From contig MU058009.1 in NCBI GenBank assembly GCA_013265495.1, positions 2,931,780-2,995,779 of the forward strand: a stretch of 64,000 nucleotides of DNA, read 5' to 3'. The DNA is from Vicugna vicugna. Its lineage: Eukaryota. This document shows positions 25,194 to 38,242 of this stretch, one piece after another (within the stretch, counting starts at the first letter, position 1; each line of letters begins with the position of its first letter). Made by a program: the position numbers and the translations under genes. Under the pieces are notes generated by a model, which ran no database searches, had not been told where the DNA came from, and saw only the letters and a list, made by a program, of their open reading frames with translations.

Positions 25194-25717
25194 TTTTAAA
25201 ATTTTTTAATTGAAGTATACTCAGTTTACAATGCAGTGTACTGTTTTCAGTCATACATATACTTACGTATATTCCTTTTCATATTCTTTTTCATTATAGG
25301 TTACTACAAGGTATAATATAGTTTCCTGTGCTGCACAGAAGAAACTTGTTGTTTATCTATGTTATATATAGTAGTTATATCTGCAAATCTTGAACCCCAC
25401 TTTATCCCTTCCCACCTCCTTTCCCCATTAGTAGCCACAAATTTGTTTTCTATGTCTGTGAGTCTGTTTCTGTTTTGTAAATAAGCTCATGTATGTCTTT
25501 TCTTTTTTTAGATTCCAAATTTGAGTGACATCATATGGTATTTTTCTTTCTCTTTCTGGCTTACTTCACTTAGAATGACAATCTCCAGGTCCATCCATGT
25601 TGCTGCAAATGGCATTATTTTACTCTTTTTTATGGCTGGGTAGTATTCCATTGTATAAATATACCACAACTTCTTTATCCAGTCATCTGTCGATGGACAT
25701 TTAGGTTGTTTCCATGA
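25194..25717 (-). mobile_element. L1 3' end, camelid type, 5'-truncated
   Basis: L1 3' UTR and ORF2-end motifs ('tccaggtccatccatgttgctgcaaatggcatt', 'gatggacatttaggttg'); TSD atgatc[a/c]ttctt at 25182-25193 and 25718-25729. Confidence 0.92.
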
Positions 25718-25959
25718 ATGATCCTTCTTAATATTAGTGGTGCCACTAATAGTTATAAAGAAGTCTCCTCCTGAGGCGGGGAGAGCAGAACGTTACTGGG
25801 GTCACTCGGGTTGCATCACTTGGTTAACTTTTCAGATCTACAGTCTGATCTCAGTGGTTTATCCAGAGGTGTTCAAACAGGGTGGGGACGATGAGTCAGG
25901 GTTTAACCAGACCAACAGTAACAGTACAATGACCAATGATAACCAACAATAAAAACAGC

Positions 25960-26170
25960 AAGCATTCGTTGGGCACAAAATAAATGCATTTTTTGAGATT
26001 ATTCTAATTTAGTCTCCCCCAGTGGCCCACGAGGGAGATACTGTTGTTATCCCCGTCAGTGAGGAACTGGGACTAAGATGCTGAATATGCTCAGTGTCTT
26101 CAGCCAACGAAGACGAGACCCAGGATTCAAACCCAGGCAGCCTGCCTGCCAAACTGGCTCTTTTACCAAC
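25960..26170 (-). mobile_element. MIR SINE
   Basis: 'gttatccccgtcagtgaggaactggg...ccaggattcaaacccaggcagcctg'. Confidence 0.7.
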
Positions 26171-28299
26171 TGAATTTGCTGACGTACAGGGAGTGAGGTT
26201 CTGGTTGGAGAGGTGAGTGAGGACTCTGATCTTTGGAAAGCCCTCCACCGAGGGCACCGAGGGACAGGTGACATTCTCCTTCGAGATCTTGGAATTAGAC
26301 CAAAGGGCCCAGCTGTCTTGGGGTAGCTTCAACCTGACAGGTCTGATGATGTAGAAACAGAGCCCCCGGCAGTGGCAGAAACGCCCTGAGAGTCAGTTTC
26401 CGGACTCCTGCAGCCCCCACCCTCTGCTATGACAACACAACATTACCTCAGATTCATTGCAGTTCAACTGAGTGGGTTCCTACGTGAGTTCCTGGGGAGA
26501 CACCCTGGGGTCACTCTGATGGGACCCGGGGGAGACTCTGGTGCCCTTAATTGAATTTGTAAGGCATCCTGTTCTCCTTGACGGAAAATGGGGGGAAGCC
26601 CTGCTCCCATCCACAGCACGTTTACAGCCATCTCCTGAGTGGTTTATTTCTGCAGATGGAGAATCTCAGTCATTTTATGTTCTTATTGTTTTCAATTTAC
26701 TGACCAAATTCTGGGACTGGACCCAATTTGAGGTTTGTAACCTCTTGTGTGTTATTATAAAAGAGAAGTAGGGCACAATGAATGAATGTCTTGTTTTTTT
26801 TTTGCCTCTGATTCAGAGCCTGGTTTTTAAGTGGGGCAGTTAGGAGTTGCACGTGCATGCATGTAGATGTACGTGGATGAATGTAGCTGTGCGCGCAGCA
26901 CGTTTATTCAGGAGCGTGCGTGTTTGATGTGATACACCGTCTCTGGAGGGGGTCCCTCTGGCTCCCTTCTGTTGTGTAGCTGGCATACTGTGCTGTGTCT
27001 GTTACCCTTTCCCTTTCTTTGCTTTCAACCCAGTTCTCCCACATCAAGTATCTCCATAGCAGGAATTAGGCACAGCGTGATTTGTCTGTCGTGTAATGTA
27101 ATTGACGTAGCGTACGCGCGTGCTGCGTGCTGGACACTGCTCCCTGCAGCTCACAGACATCAGCAGATGCAGTCCTACCCATTCTGACTCTCTGAAGCAG
27201 GTCCTATTACCGTCCTCATTTACAGACCAGGAAACTGAGGCAAGTTTCCGTATCTGCTGGGGAACTGGATTTGGACGGGGACGGGGATACGCAACCCTGC
27301 TGCTTTGTTTGAGAGGCTTGTGTTTTGTTTCCCGTACAAAAGTATGGCAAAAAGCTGTGATAAGATGGTGCTGGGAGGGGGACAAGGAGAAGAGCTGTTC
27401 TTCTGGAGCAGAAAAGCCAGAGTCATCAAAGGCTGGATTTACTTAGTGATGTACTGGTTTTACGGCTAAACGCTTACAACTATTAAAAACACTTTTATTA
27501 TTAAAATTCCTGGAGGAAACATAACTTTGTTATGGTGACACTTAAACCTTCTGGCTTCTAGCTTCCCCTCCCTTTGAAACAATTATGTGCATAATGTGAT
27601 TTTTAATAATCTGTGGTTTCTTTGGAATGTGAGTCTCATGTTCAGACATCTCAGGGTGTCCTTAAGCCTCGAGGCCTCCTTGTCTTCACACACGAGATGC
27701 CTGATGCCCGGGATACTTGGTCTCACTCCTCCGGCAGGCAGGGCTCCGAGGAAGAATGTCCAGCAACAACTGAGCCCTCCTCTGCTTGGGTGACGGAGTC
27801 CCTCAGACTCCCCCCGGCAGGGCTCCTGTGTCTGCGAGCCGAGGCTTTGACCAGGGCGGTGGTGGAGAGGCACTGAGAGGCAAATGACTCAAGCGATGCT
27901 TTGGACGCTGTGAAATAGACAGGACTTGGTGACTGACTCGTCACGGGGCCGAGGAAGGGGAATCTGCTGTACAACTGGACTCATCTGATGTTTGCCTCCC
28001 ACCGACGTGGGCTCAGGGACACCTTTCCCCCTAGGGCCTGCACAGTGCTTGGCACCTAGTGAACAACTGAGAAGTATTTATTGAATATGTGAATGAATGA
28101 GCGATGGGTGGAGAAAATGCGATCCAGTGGCGTTCTGTGATCTGCCCAAGGTCACATCACTGCTTGGTGGCAGAACCAGCCTTGGACTCCAGGTTACCTG
28201 AGTGGGACGGAGCCCCTGGCGCCGTGCCCTCGTTGTGGCCTTTCTGGTCCCCTGCCCCTGTAAGAAGCTTCTCTCTTTGCAGACAGGGACTGTGCCCGG

Positions 28300-28990
28300 G
28301 TCAGAGTGCGTGAAGCAGCTCTTTAGCAGTGGGAGGCCGGTTAAGGCCGGTGCCCGGGTGCGGGTATGTGCTCTGACGTTAGGCGCCGTGCGCTTTTCTT
28401 CCAGGGGTGGCGGGGGAGTTAGGGACGCTGTAGGACTCGCGGTCTTTCCGCTGCCCAAAATGGCAGCGGTGCTTCTTCCTGGTCTCCTGCACCTGTCCTC
28501 TCTCCCCGCTGCCACCTTGGCAGGGGCCCTGCCTGCCCTCTGCCTGGACAGCAGTCTCCTCACCTTCCACCTCGTGTCTTGTTTATGGGCCACCGGCCTG
28601 GTGACAGTCGTCTTAGCTCTGTCACTTGTTAGCAGGGTGCTCTTGGCTAACACATTAATTTTTTCAGAGCCTGAGTTTACTCACTTGTCAAAAGTAGGTA
28701 ATGACAAAAAATATGCTCCTAATACTGTGAAAATCTGTTGAAAGTGTCTGTGAGAACCAGGCCAGACCACAGAGGCTGGGCCAGGCTGGAGGACTAGAGT
28801 GACCAACCTGGCCCACTTGGCCACGGCGACCTCCTCTTCGGTCTCCTGCTGCGCCCAGCGAGAGGGCGGCGTGAGCCGAGGGAGCACGGGAGGCAGGGAG
28901 GCAGGCCGCCAGCGCCGTCTCACCGGCGCGACTCGCAGGGCAGTGACCGGGGCGCTTCAGTGAAGCGCTTGAGGACGAGGCCTGCTCCCA
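28300..28990. other. CpG-rich patches, possible regulatory DNA
   Basis: Visibly CpG-dense at 28330-28470 and 28820-28980; CTCF-like CAGCGAGAGGGCGG near 28857. Confidence 0.3.
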
Positions 28991-29236
28991 GTAAACCTGC
29001 TGTGTGGCTTCTCAAGGGTTTTCTTACCATTAATGCTATTTCTAGTGTCAGAATCTTCTCTGTGCTGGATGGTTTTGATTGAGATGACAAAGATGAGAGC
29101 AGATACAATTATCCCCACTTTACTCGTGTGGCTTTAGTTCATGATAGAGATGTTACGTAACTTACCCAGGTCCACAAAATCAGGTTATTCATTTTATTCA
29201 TTTTAAGTTACAGTTATTTTCAAACTGTATACTCCT

Positions 29237-29538
29237 AAACAAATGTATGGCTACCAAAGGGGAAATGGGGGAAGAGGGGGAGGGGTGAATTAGGAGTTTG
29301 GGATTTGCAGCTACAACCTACTATATACAAAATAGATGAACAACAGGGTCCTACTGCAGAGCACAGGGAACTATATTCAATAGCTTGTAATAACATGTAA
29401 TGAAAAAGAGTATGAAAAAGAATATATATATGTGTGTATGTGTATATATATGTGTGTATATATATATATATAACTGAATCACTATGCTGTCTACCAGAAA
29501 CTAATACATTATAAATCAACTATACTTCAATTAAAACA
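29237..29538 (+). mobile_element. L1 3' end, artiodactyl/camelid type
   Basis: 'atggctaccaaaggggaaa...cacagggaactatattcaatagcttgtaataac...aactgaatcactatgctgt...aaatcaactatacttcaattaaaa'; 15-bp TSD at 29222-29236 and 29539-29553. Confidence 0.92.
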
Positions 29539-29935
29539 AAACCATATACTCCTCAGGGCAGGATCTGTGTCAGATAACTGTTTATCCCCCAGCGCCTTGC
29601 ACATAAGAGATACTTGGTGCGTGTTTTTTGATGCACGCGTGTGTTTTGCATGGGTAGATCACAGCCTCTCTTACAGGATATAAAGTGGAGGGCCTGTGTA
29701 AGACTCTTGGAAGGTCTGTGAGAACACCGTGGTGGACCATGCGGGGTCTAAGTCGACACTGGACTTTAGAGTTGGGAGGTGGAGTTCAGGAGGAACTGTG
29801 GGCTCTTTCAAGGATTCACACTTACATGAGAAACTGTATAACAAGAATGAGTGCAGAACGGTCTTTGAGGGCTATGTGATGGTCAGGAAAAGCCACCTCA
29901 ATCAAAGCCAAAAAGAAGTCCAGATCGTATTAAAG

Positions 29936-30278
29936 CAGTGTTTCCCAAAGTGTGTTCCAGGGAACCATATACCCAAGAAACACTGTCTTGCAAGATACTT
30001 CCCTCCAAACAGCTCATGATTAAACACATACGAAAACATATTCTATATAGTCCACAGTATGTGTTCTCGTGGTGTTTATCAGCAGCGTAAAAGCTGAGAA
30101 TTCCTGTAATTAAAAACCACAGCTAACTGACAAGGCCCTTTTTACTTTTGTAAGTAGTACTACAAACACATCTAGCACGTATCTTCTCCCCTCACGCCTC
30201 CACACTCCATCGTCTGTTTACACACCAGGGAGCTAACGGTTATCAGAGCCCGCTGAGGAACACTAGACAGGAAACTGA
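29936..30278. mobile_element. Charlie4-like hAT DNA transposon
   Basis: Terminal 'cagtgtttcccaaagtgtgttcc' and 'ggaacactagacaggaaactg', internal 'aaagctgagaattcctgtaattaaa'. Confidence 0.6.
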
Positions 30279-31346
30279 GGAGCAGTTGGAATGAAACTCC
30301 TTTTTCTCGTCTCCCTGCCTTCTTATTCAGTATTCAGATAGGTTTGTGCTGTTGATGGAGGTTGGTCTGTTTCTTCCATTCACTCAATAAATATTTACCA
30401 AATGCTTACAGAACCTGAGACATGGTAGCACACACTCTAAGTCAGCAGATCTTTGATTTCTCTTGTCCTCGCGAGGACGGGAGAAGAAAGAGCTTGGAGA
30501 AAGAGATGTGGAGGACTATTCGGAACTGCTGATAACTGAGATGTTCCTGTCTTTTCCAGCCTTCAGGAGTTATGAACACCCGAATAACACTCATCTAAGT
30601 CTCCATTCTGCTGCCGTTAAGGGGCTCAGTATTTTATTAGGTTTTCCTCCCCAAGTAATAACCCTTAAGGAATCTATTCCCCAAGCCCCCCCATCCTAGC
30701 CAGGCAGTGTGATAGTCTCTGGCTCTGGGACAAATGCTTCGCTTCTCCTGGTCACTCCTTGCCATCTTGTTGCTCCTCCAGGCCATTGTCTCTCTGCTTT
30801 GTTCCAAAGGCGAATAAAAATGTTTCTTTATAAGACAGCTTACATCTAGAATTCGGAAAAAAATCTAATGCTGCAGGTCAATAATTCTTTAGAGTTATAG
30901 TCAACTTGTATGCCCAGAGTATTTAACATCTCGACGTCTCAGTCTGAAGCATATGCATATGTGTGTATATAAGTACACACACACACACACGTACATGGAA
31001 GGAGTGGGGGCTGCCTGAGCCTTAGCATTACCAAAAGGTTCATCAGTATGTTGCTTCCAGAATTAAAGGACAGGCTGCACTCTAAAATACAGAAGTTTAT
31101 TGCAATCCTCCAGTATTTATACAAATATTAGGAGGTAGGAGGTAAGAGGAAAGACCAGAGCGCAGATAGCGTGACCGTCTCAGCCCCAGTCCTACCTGAT
31201 ACGAGGGCCTTATGGAGGTGGTTTTTTTGGGAGCTGATGTCAGTGAACTGGAGTTGGGTTGGGACCAGGAGACGGAACAGGGAAAGAGAGAATGGCCCCC
31301 ACGGTTATTACCTCCTTCACTTCCAGATTTGCCCGTATGTCAGACT

Positions 31347-31512
31347 ACTTTTTTTTTAAATGTTTTTTTTTATTGAATTACAGTCATTTTACAATGTTGT
31401 GTCAAATTCCAGTGTAGAGCACATTTTTTCAGTTATACATGAACATACATGTATACATTGTCACATTTTTTTTCGCTGTGAGCTACCACAAGATCTTGTA
31501 TGTATTTTTTTA
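31347..31512 (-). mobile_element. Young camelid-type L1 3' end (short)
   Basis: 'tattgaattacagtcattttacaatgttgtgtcaaattccagtgtagagcac...cgctgtgagctaccacaagatcttgta'. Confidence 0.85.
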
Positions 31513-33020
31513 TAATATGCAGAGTAGACTAAAACTAGAGCAAAGGAGGTGGCCTTTGCCAGTGGTGGCTCCCCTGTCCGTCCCAGATTCCCCGGCTGCC
31601 GTCTATTGAGTAGCTCTGTGTACCGGACACCACTCTGAGCTCTTTCCAAGGATTACCTGTCTGGTTCAGTGCTCACGAGCTGGACAGCATTGCTCTTCCC
31701 TTCGGAGGACTGGTTGGCAGAAGCAGACGTTGGGGACCTGCTCTCTCAATGCATGCCTGTCTGTCGCCAAAGGAGGAGGAGGCTCAGGTGTTTGATAAAC
31801 GTGAAGACAAGGGACTGTTCTCACTAAGGCTCGGGAAAGGCGAGTCACCGCTCTGCTCTGTGACTCCGCTTTACTTCCTTCTGAGCGCGTTGTTTCCTGG
31901 TTTATCCGTTTGCTTATTGTTGCGTTCCCACCACTAAAACGTAACCTCCACGGGATTGGGAGGTCATCTGCCTTGTTAGAACAGTGCCTGGAACACAGTA
32001 GGTAGTCAGTAAATATTTAGTATTGAATGAAAAAGGGAGCGTGAGCTTTTACTGGTGTGGGAGCAGTGAAGTTCTTCCTGTGCAGGGACTTCATTTGATA
32101 AAGAAATGGTAGACACGGTACAAGTAAGAGGCAAGTTGCAAAGTCTCAGGGAGCAGGTGGAGATCTTAGCTGGAAGCCATAGAAGATGGGGTCGGTGATG
32201 GGGAAACACAAGGAAAAAGAATGAAAAAGGAAGAGGTGGGAAGGGTTCATCAGAGTCACCACATTTATCAATATTTATTGGGCATTTTCTGTCCCAGTAT
32301 ATAAGAGAGGACACAGTGGTTGGATACAATGAGACAAAATGTAGAAAAAAGGGCAAAATGTGTGTGGTGGGCGTGGATCAGAAACTGGAAAGATTTAGAG
32401 GAAGAAAGAGGCCTGCAGAAGGCATCCTGTGAAATACTTGTAAGGGCCTGGCCTTCTGTCTGGAGTGTGTGAGAGTGAGCCGTGGTATGCCTTCGGGAAA
32501 GGAGGACAGAAGTCTCACACTAGAGGGACCTGGAGGGAATCTGACTTTGTTGCCAAGTTTTTAGAGTCAGAGGGCAAAGCTAATGTTTTCTACTGATGTA
32601 GGTCATCGGATGTCATCCAGAAATGGAGAGCAGCTTTTATAAAGAAAAAACCGGAATAAACTAGCAATTGTGGAAAAATTATTTCCCTGAGAGTGAATTT
32701 CTTGAAAGGGGCACAATTGAAAATACCCAAGAGGGAAAAGCAACAAAACAGATTGTCCTGGGCTGGGGGATGTGGGTGGTGGAACTGGGTGCTGTGCGTT
32801 CAGCCAATAGTTGAACCTGAACTCTGTCCCGTGAGTCACTGATTTCCTCGTCAAAGATGAACTTGTCAGACAGACGAGGGTTTGAGTGTCCTAGGACAGG
32901 TGCCCAGTCTTCCTTCTTTGTCTGAAAGCCCCTCTTGCACTGTTGTCTGGGGCCGCGATTCCCCATCTGGGGACGCAGGGTGTGGCCCGGGGTAGAGGCT
33001 GGAATAGGAGACGTTCCTGA

Positions 33021-33062
33021 CTCCCACACACCCCACTCCGCTCCCACACACCCCACTCCGCT
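33021..33062. repeat. Perfect 20-bp tandem duplication
   Basis: ctcccacacaccccactccg x2. Confidence 0.95.
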
Positions 33063-33829
33063 TCAAACCCTAGGGGCCAGATCGCAGGCTGGCATGTCTG
33101 GCCTTTCCTGAAACTCTCTGTGCTGTTCTAACAAATAATATCACTGTTATGTAAGGGATATAAGTCAAGCCAGGAACATGCGGCCCAGAGAAGAGGTACA
33201 TTTTATACTTTGATTTCTTCTTTTTTTGGCAAAAACTTGTTGTCCTTATCTCTGCCAGGGCAGAAATGAAGTCCACTTGGTATGGAGGGGGAGGGGGCCG
33301 TCCTCCCTGACCTCACTAGGGCCTGGTGCCTGTTCCGGACGCCCCGTGGGAAAGGGCGGTGTGGGCAGTCCTGGGCCGGTGCAGAGGGGGTGCTCCAGCC
33401 CCCACGCTGGTTCCCACAGACTCCAGCCAGGGCCAGGTCTCCGTGGTGACCGGACCGCAGATATTATGACAAGACCTCCCTGGGCTGCCTGTGCCTAGAG
33501 CCCTGTCTGAGTCAGGGGCGAGTCTGAATCGAGAGAACACTTTCTGCCCAGTAGAAGTTACACGTCTCACTGAACAGATTGTGAAACTGGCATCATCTGT
33601 GGACTCATCATTCTACCACCGGCTGCCCAGGCTGGAAAGTTGCGGGCCAGGTTTAAACGTCCCCCTTTCCTTTATGCCCTAGATGGAAGCAGCCACTGAA
33701 TCCAACATTATAAAGGTCCTCTTGGGGGCCCTTTCCTGTGTCCAGGGCACAGCCCCTCGTCCGGGAGGCAGCCAGGAGGAAGGGGAGGGGCCCCGGGGAA
33801 AGATGTTCTCCTTGTGCGTCTTCGCTCCA

Positions 33830-33975
33830 TCGTGTGACTTGGACAAGCTAACTTTTCCGTCCCTCAAGTTATTCTTATAAAATGGGATTGATAGCACTTC
33901 TGACTTTGCTGGGCTATTTTGAGGGTTTAATGAAATAACGCTTATTGAAATGCAGGTGACGCAGCAATGTGGTCC
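33830..33975 (+). mobile_element. MIR SINE
   Basis: 'tgtgacttggacaagctaactt...tataaaatgggattgatagcacttc...ttgagggtttaatgaaataa'. Confidence 0.7.
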
Positions 33976-34354
33976 CAATTGTTGTTTGAGGTGAAGCGAT
34001 TAGCAGAAAAAAGTTTGTAGGGATTTGCACCGAAATGTTAACAATGTTTTTATACTGAGGTGGGACTTGGGGGCTTTTTTTCCCTCTAAACTTGCATCTT
34101 TGTGCTTTTTTATATTTTAAAAATTTCCGCAGGGAACCTGTGTCACTTTTGTAACTAAAAATCACAAATATGAATTAAAATTCCACCAAACCGTCAAGAA
34201 CCAGCTGAGATGATACTTCTTTTATTAAAACTTTCCAGATATTCCCGTTGGCAGAGACCCCTCCCTGAGCAAGTTAGCGAATCACCCTGAGACGTAGTTT
34301 GCCTACCTGTTAAATGGGGCTAAAAACTTTAAATGAAAAAAGAACCCACTATCA

Positions 34355-34670
34355 TGTACATATCATATAGAGATCTATTATATATAGTGTATGTGTGTGT
34401 ACACATATACACAATAGTCTCTGTGTGTACACACACACACCACACACACACCACACACCACACACACACACACACACCACACACACACATCACGCACCAC
34501 ACACCACACGCACACACACCACACACACACCACACACACCACACACACACATCACGTACCACACACCACACGCACACACACCACACACACACCACACACA
34601 TACACCCCCAGATCTGTATATATACACACAGAGTATATATTATATATAATATGTATTGTATATATGTATT
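34355..34670. repeat. Complex CA/CCA-rich tract with TA-rich flanks
   Basis: CACACACCA-type units 34429-34610; marker ATCACG recurs at 34489 and 34551 (62-bp period). Confidence 0.9.
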
Positions 34671-35074
34671 TCAGTGCCTGGGCTATAAAAAGTACTTAAT
34701 AAACACACTTTCTTCTTCTGAACACCAGAATCACTTCCTACCTTTTAGCACTTGCTGTATTTTGCTTTGTGTAACAGTTATCTGTTATCTGGTGTTCTGC
34801 TGACAGAAATAGAAAGTCCACTTTTCCTGGGAATTCATGGGACTGGCATTCATGTATTCATAGCCTGTTTCTCTACTTATGAGTTCTGATAAAACCTATG
34901 GACATGAACAGTTCTTGGAAATGTTACTGGGAGTACATTTAAGATGATCTCTTAGTTGTCATTCTGAAAACGGTTCCACCTTGACCCCTGTGTCCCAGGT
35001 GACACCTCACATCTGTCAGTGGTGTAGAGGTGGGGTGCCCTTCAGGGTGGTGATGGAAAACTTCAAGAGTGTGA

Positions 35075-35490
35075 ATGGGGTGGGCATGTAGGTGCATCCT
35101 GGTCCCCTCGGAGTGGACCTTGGAGGGAGGATTTGTTGCCCTGGGGGCTGGGAGTGTTATCAGCAAACAGTCCTCAGCAGTCAGGCCCTTAGGGGGCTGC
35201 CTCGTCTGGGGTCACACCATTCTGGCGTGGCTGGCTTCCAATGACTGAGCAAGGCGGAGTATAAAAGTGCAGCCATTTCGGCCAGTTCAGGACAAGTTTG
35301 CGGGGCAGCTGGCTCCCGCGTTCCCTGGGAGCCGGCCGAGGCTCAGGACCTGGGTGCAGTCTGAGTCCCCTCTGTGCCCACCCCGGCTTCCTACTCTCCC
35401 TTCCCGTCCCAGAGGCCTTCCCTACTGACCATCCTGAACTCTCAGCTCTTCCTCAGAGTCCGCTTCTTGGAGAGCTCAAACTGCAGCGGT
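35075..35490 (+). mobile_element. LTR16-family (ERVL) solo LTR
   Basis: 'ttccaatgactgagcaaggcggagtataaaag...ccatttcggccagttcaggacaa...ggccgaggct...gtccgcttcttggagagctcaaactgc' follows the LTR16 layout. Confidence 0.8.
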
Positions 35491-35511
35491 TAGATTCGAC
35501 TTTCTTTGGAG

Positions 35512-35710
35512 CAGGAGTTGGTAAATTTTTCTGTAAAGGGCCAGATAGTAAGTATTTTAGCCCTTGCAACCCAGCTCTGCCTTTGTAGCTTCAGAGCAGC
35601 CAGAGATACCACGTGGATGAATGAGCACGGCTGTGTTCCCGTAAAGCTTTATTTGCAAACGTAGGCGCTCGGCTGTATTTGGCCTGTGTGTGTGGTTTGC
35701 CAGAGAACTG
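35512..35710. mobile_element. MER58A hAT-Charlie MITE
   Basis: 'ttggtaaatttttctgtaaagggccagatagtaagtatttta...ggctgtgttcccgtaaagctttattt'. Confidence 0.85.
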
Positions 35711-37124
35711 CTGATTACTGAGAATTACTGCTTCATTTCAGATAACTTGAGAATTCTGGAGAATTCCCGATTTTTCGGTCTACCCAGTGTTGCTTAAGTT
35801 CTTCCTTGTGAACTTGAGCAGCTCATTCTTGTGAGTGCGGAGTGATGGGTGAAGCCAGTCCTAACAGAGCTATCGGCCCACAGACGGAGTTTCAACATAG
35901 ACAGACCTGTGATCTAATGTGAGACGGTAATTTCAGAAGTTGTCCTCTGCCCTGGGCAGAGTTACTTCCCTTTAGCCTGGTTCATTAGCAACCCTGACAT
36001 CCTCTTCTTAGGATCCGTGGAGATGGAGAAAGAGAGAATTCCCAAAGGCAGGGATGGAGGGAGGCCGTGGCCAGGCCTCTGCCGGGACCTTGGTGTGTGT
36101 AATTTCCCTTCCTGTGTCACCTCCACTTTACCTGGGAAGGAACAGTCTCAGAGCAGGTGAGGAAGCTGGTTTGCAACGCTCTTCAGTGGGATTGATTGTA
36201 AACCCTACGACTGGCTTGAAAGCCATGCCCTTTCCACTACCCCTAGCTGACCCGTCCCCTTGGCCTTGGATTGCAGAGGGTTTCTTTTTAAACTCTGATT
36301 GTTTTCTGCCCAAGAGGGCTTGGCACAAGGAGTTGGATCCCGGACCGGCTCTCATGGCTCTGTTCCTGGGGTTCATTGGAGGCTGAGTTTCCACATTTTT
36401 GTCACTGGCCAGCTCTGGGCTGTGGCATCTGATGAGCTGAGGCTCTTGGATGCTGGGGCCTGACGGGGTGGTGCTGGCTGTGATGGAGATCACTTTCTGT
36501 CCTTGCAGGGATGGGCTTGGTGGGGGCCCGCATGGACCCTCTCACCTTCCTTCTGTCAGCAGCTGTCATCACCCCCGCTGGCCTTTTCTTCACAGCCTGT
36601 TTCAGGAGGCCGGCCAACTCCGTGGAAGGTGAGAGAGGAAATTGGGAGGCTGGGGGCTGGAGGGACTGTGCTCCCACCATGCTCTTACCCCATGGCTGAT
36701 GGAAATAACACTGCTCTGGTGCCTGGAGACCTGGCTGCAGCCCAGGCTGAGCTGCGCATCAGCCGTGTGGCCCGGCGAGGCCCGCAGTGTCTTGTTACTG
36801 CTCTTCTCACCGTGGAGGAAGGAGCTATGTTGCAGCCTCTGGACTGCACAGGGTGGTTGTAATGGTGACTTGAGTGGCATGACAGGAAGCAGCTGGAGAA
36901 GAGGCAGGGCAGAGTCGAGTGGCTTTCGCCTGCCAGCGCACATCCACCCCGCCTGTTCGGGAGGGCCTGCTAGAGCAGGAGTTTGCCATTCAGTCACTCT
37001 GGGTTGGGGCCTGGGGATGTGCACTTCTCACAGGTTTCTTACCCATCCTTCAAGGCCCTGTCTGAGTTTCCTTTCTACAGAGCCTTCCTTTGGTGCGGTG
37101 GTTCCAGCTGATCTTGCTTCTGAA

Positions 37125-37298
37125 TTTTCTTTCTTTCTTTTTCTTCAACTGATGTGCAGTCTGTTTATAACGTTGTGTTCATTTCTGGTGTACAGCACAG
37201 TGATTCAGTTGTACACATACACAGTCCTTTTCATGTTCTTTTTCATTATAGGTATTGAATATAGTTCCCGGTGCTGTACAGTAGGACTTCGCTGTTTC
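37125..37298 (-). mobile_element. L1 3' end, artiodactyl/camelid type (short)
   Basis: 'tttctggtgtacagcacagtgattcagtt...tattgaatatagttcccggtgctgtacagtaggac'. Confidence 0.85.
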
Positions 37299-38242
37299 TC
37301 TGCTGAAACTGTGAACTGGGATGTCCCATGGTTCGTGCTCCTGTGTGACTTCACCGTGGGGAGGCTGCCCTCGGGCTCTGTTGGGCGGATGCTGGAGTCG
37401 CACCGTGGCCCAGGGCAGAGTGCTGGCACTTCCTCACCTAGGCATGGGCGGGGAGGTGGTGGTCGGCAGGACGGATTTTTGTCCTCCCCGACTTAGAGAC
37501 CCTCCTGTATTTCCTGTGTGCTGGGATTGTCTTTACAATTAAAAGATGCCCTTCCTGATGGCAGCTGCAGTCCTCTGCCGCCGCATCGTCTGCGGTATGT
37601 GGCCTTGAGCACACCGCTTTGAGCACAGGACTGTGTCCTGCTCGCTGTGAGCGCCCAGGACAGCGCCCGTGGTGCCAGGCGGTGGCGGCGGCTGCGGCTG
37701 CAGGTGTTCTTTGCTTGGTCAAATAATAATTTTCAAATATGGGAGGAAATATTTCCTCCAGCGTTTGTTCCGGTCACAATTTCACAACCATAAGCATGAT
37801 GCACTTTTAAATTTAATCGGTGTTGTAACACTTTCCCCATCGCTTTCTTAAGTCTAGGCAATCCACCAGCCAATCTAGGACTTGATTTGCAGGGTTTGTC
37901 TATTTTTGTGGTGAAAATGCTCCCACCCCAGCCAGTTTCAAGCTGCCAAAGTGGTACCAGTGAATGCAGAGCTGGGAAGAGTTGCCGGGCGGCACGCCCA
38001 CGTGTGTTCTCCCACCGCGCAGACACACCAGACGGAGATGACCTCAGAGCACAAGGAAACTTATGAGAAAGGGATGGGTGTTGACTATTTGTTACCTTTA
38101 AAAGAAACATAATTGATTTTAAGTTTGCATAATCTAATTGGTAACAATGGCTGTGTTCAACACCTGGTTCACACAACCCCCAAAACAGCTGGCCCTTGGG
38201 CGTTCTCGCCAGCACAGCACTGGGTGAGTTGGTGTAGATCTG

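Noticed and set aside
34329..34803. His/Thr-rich and Cys/Val-rich ORFs
   Set aside because: Translations of the CA microsatellite tract
36642..37496. Longest ORF (284 aa)
   Set aside because: TTG start, and it runs through an antisense L1 3' UTR that produces the apparent hydrophobic segment
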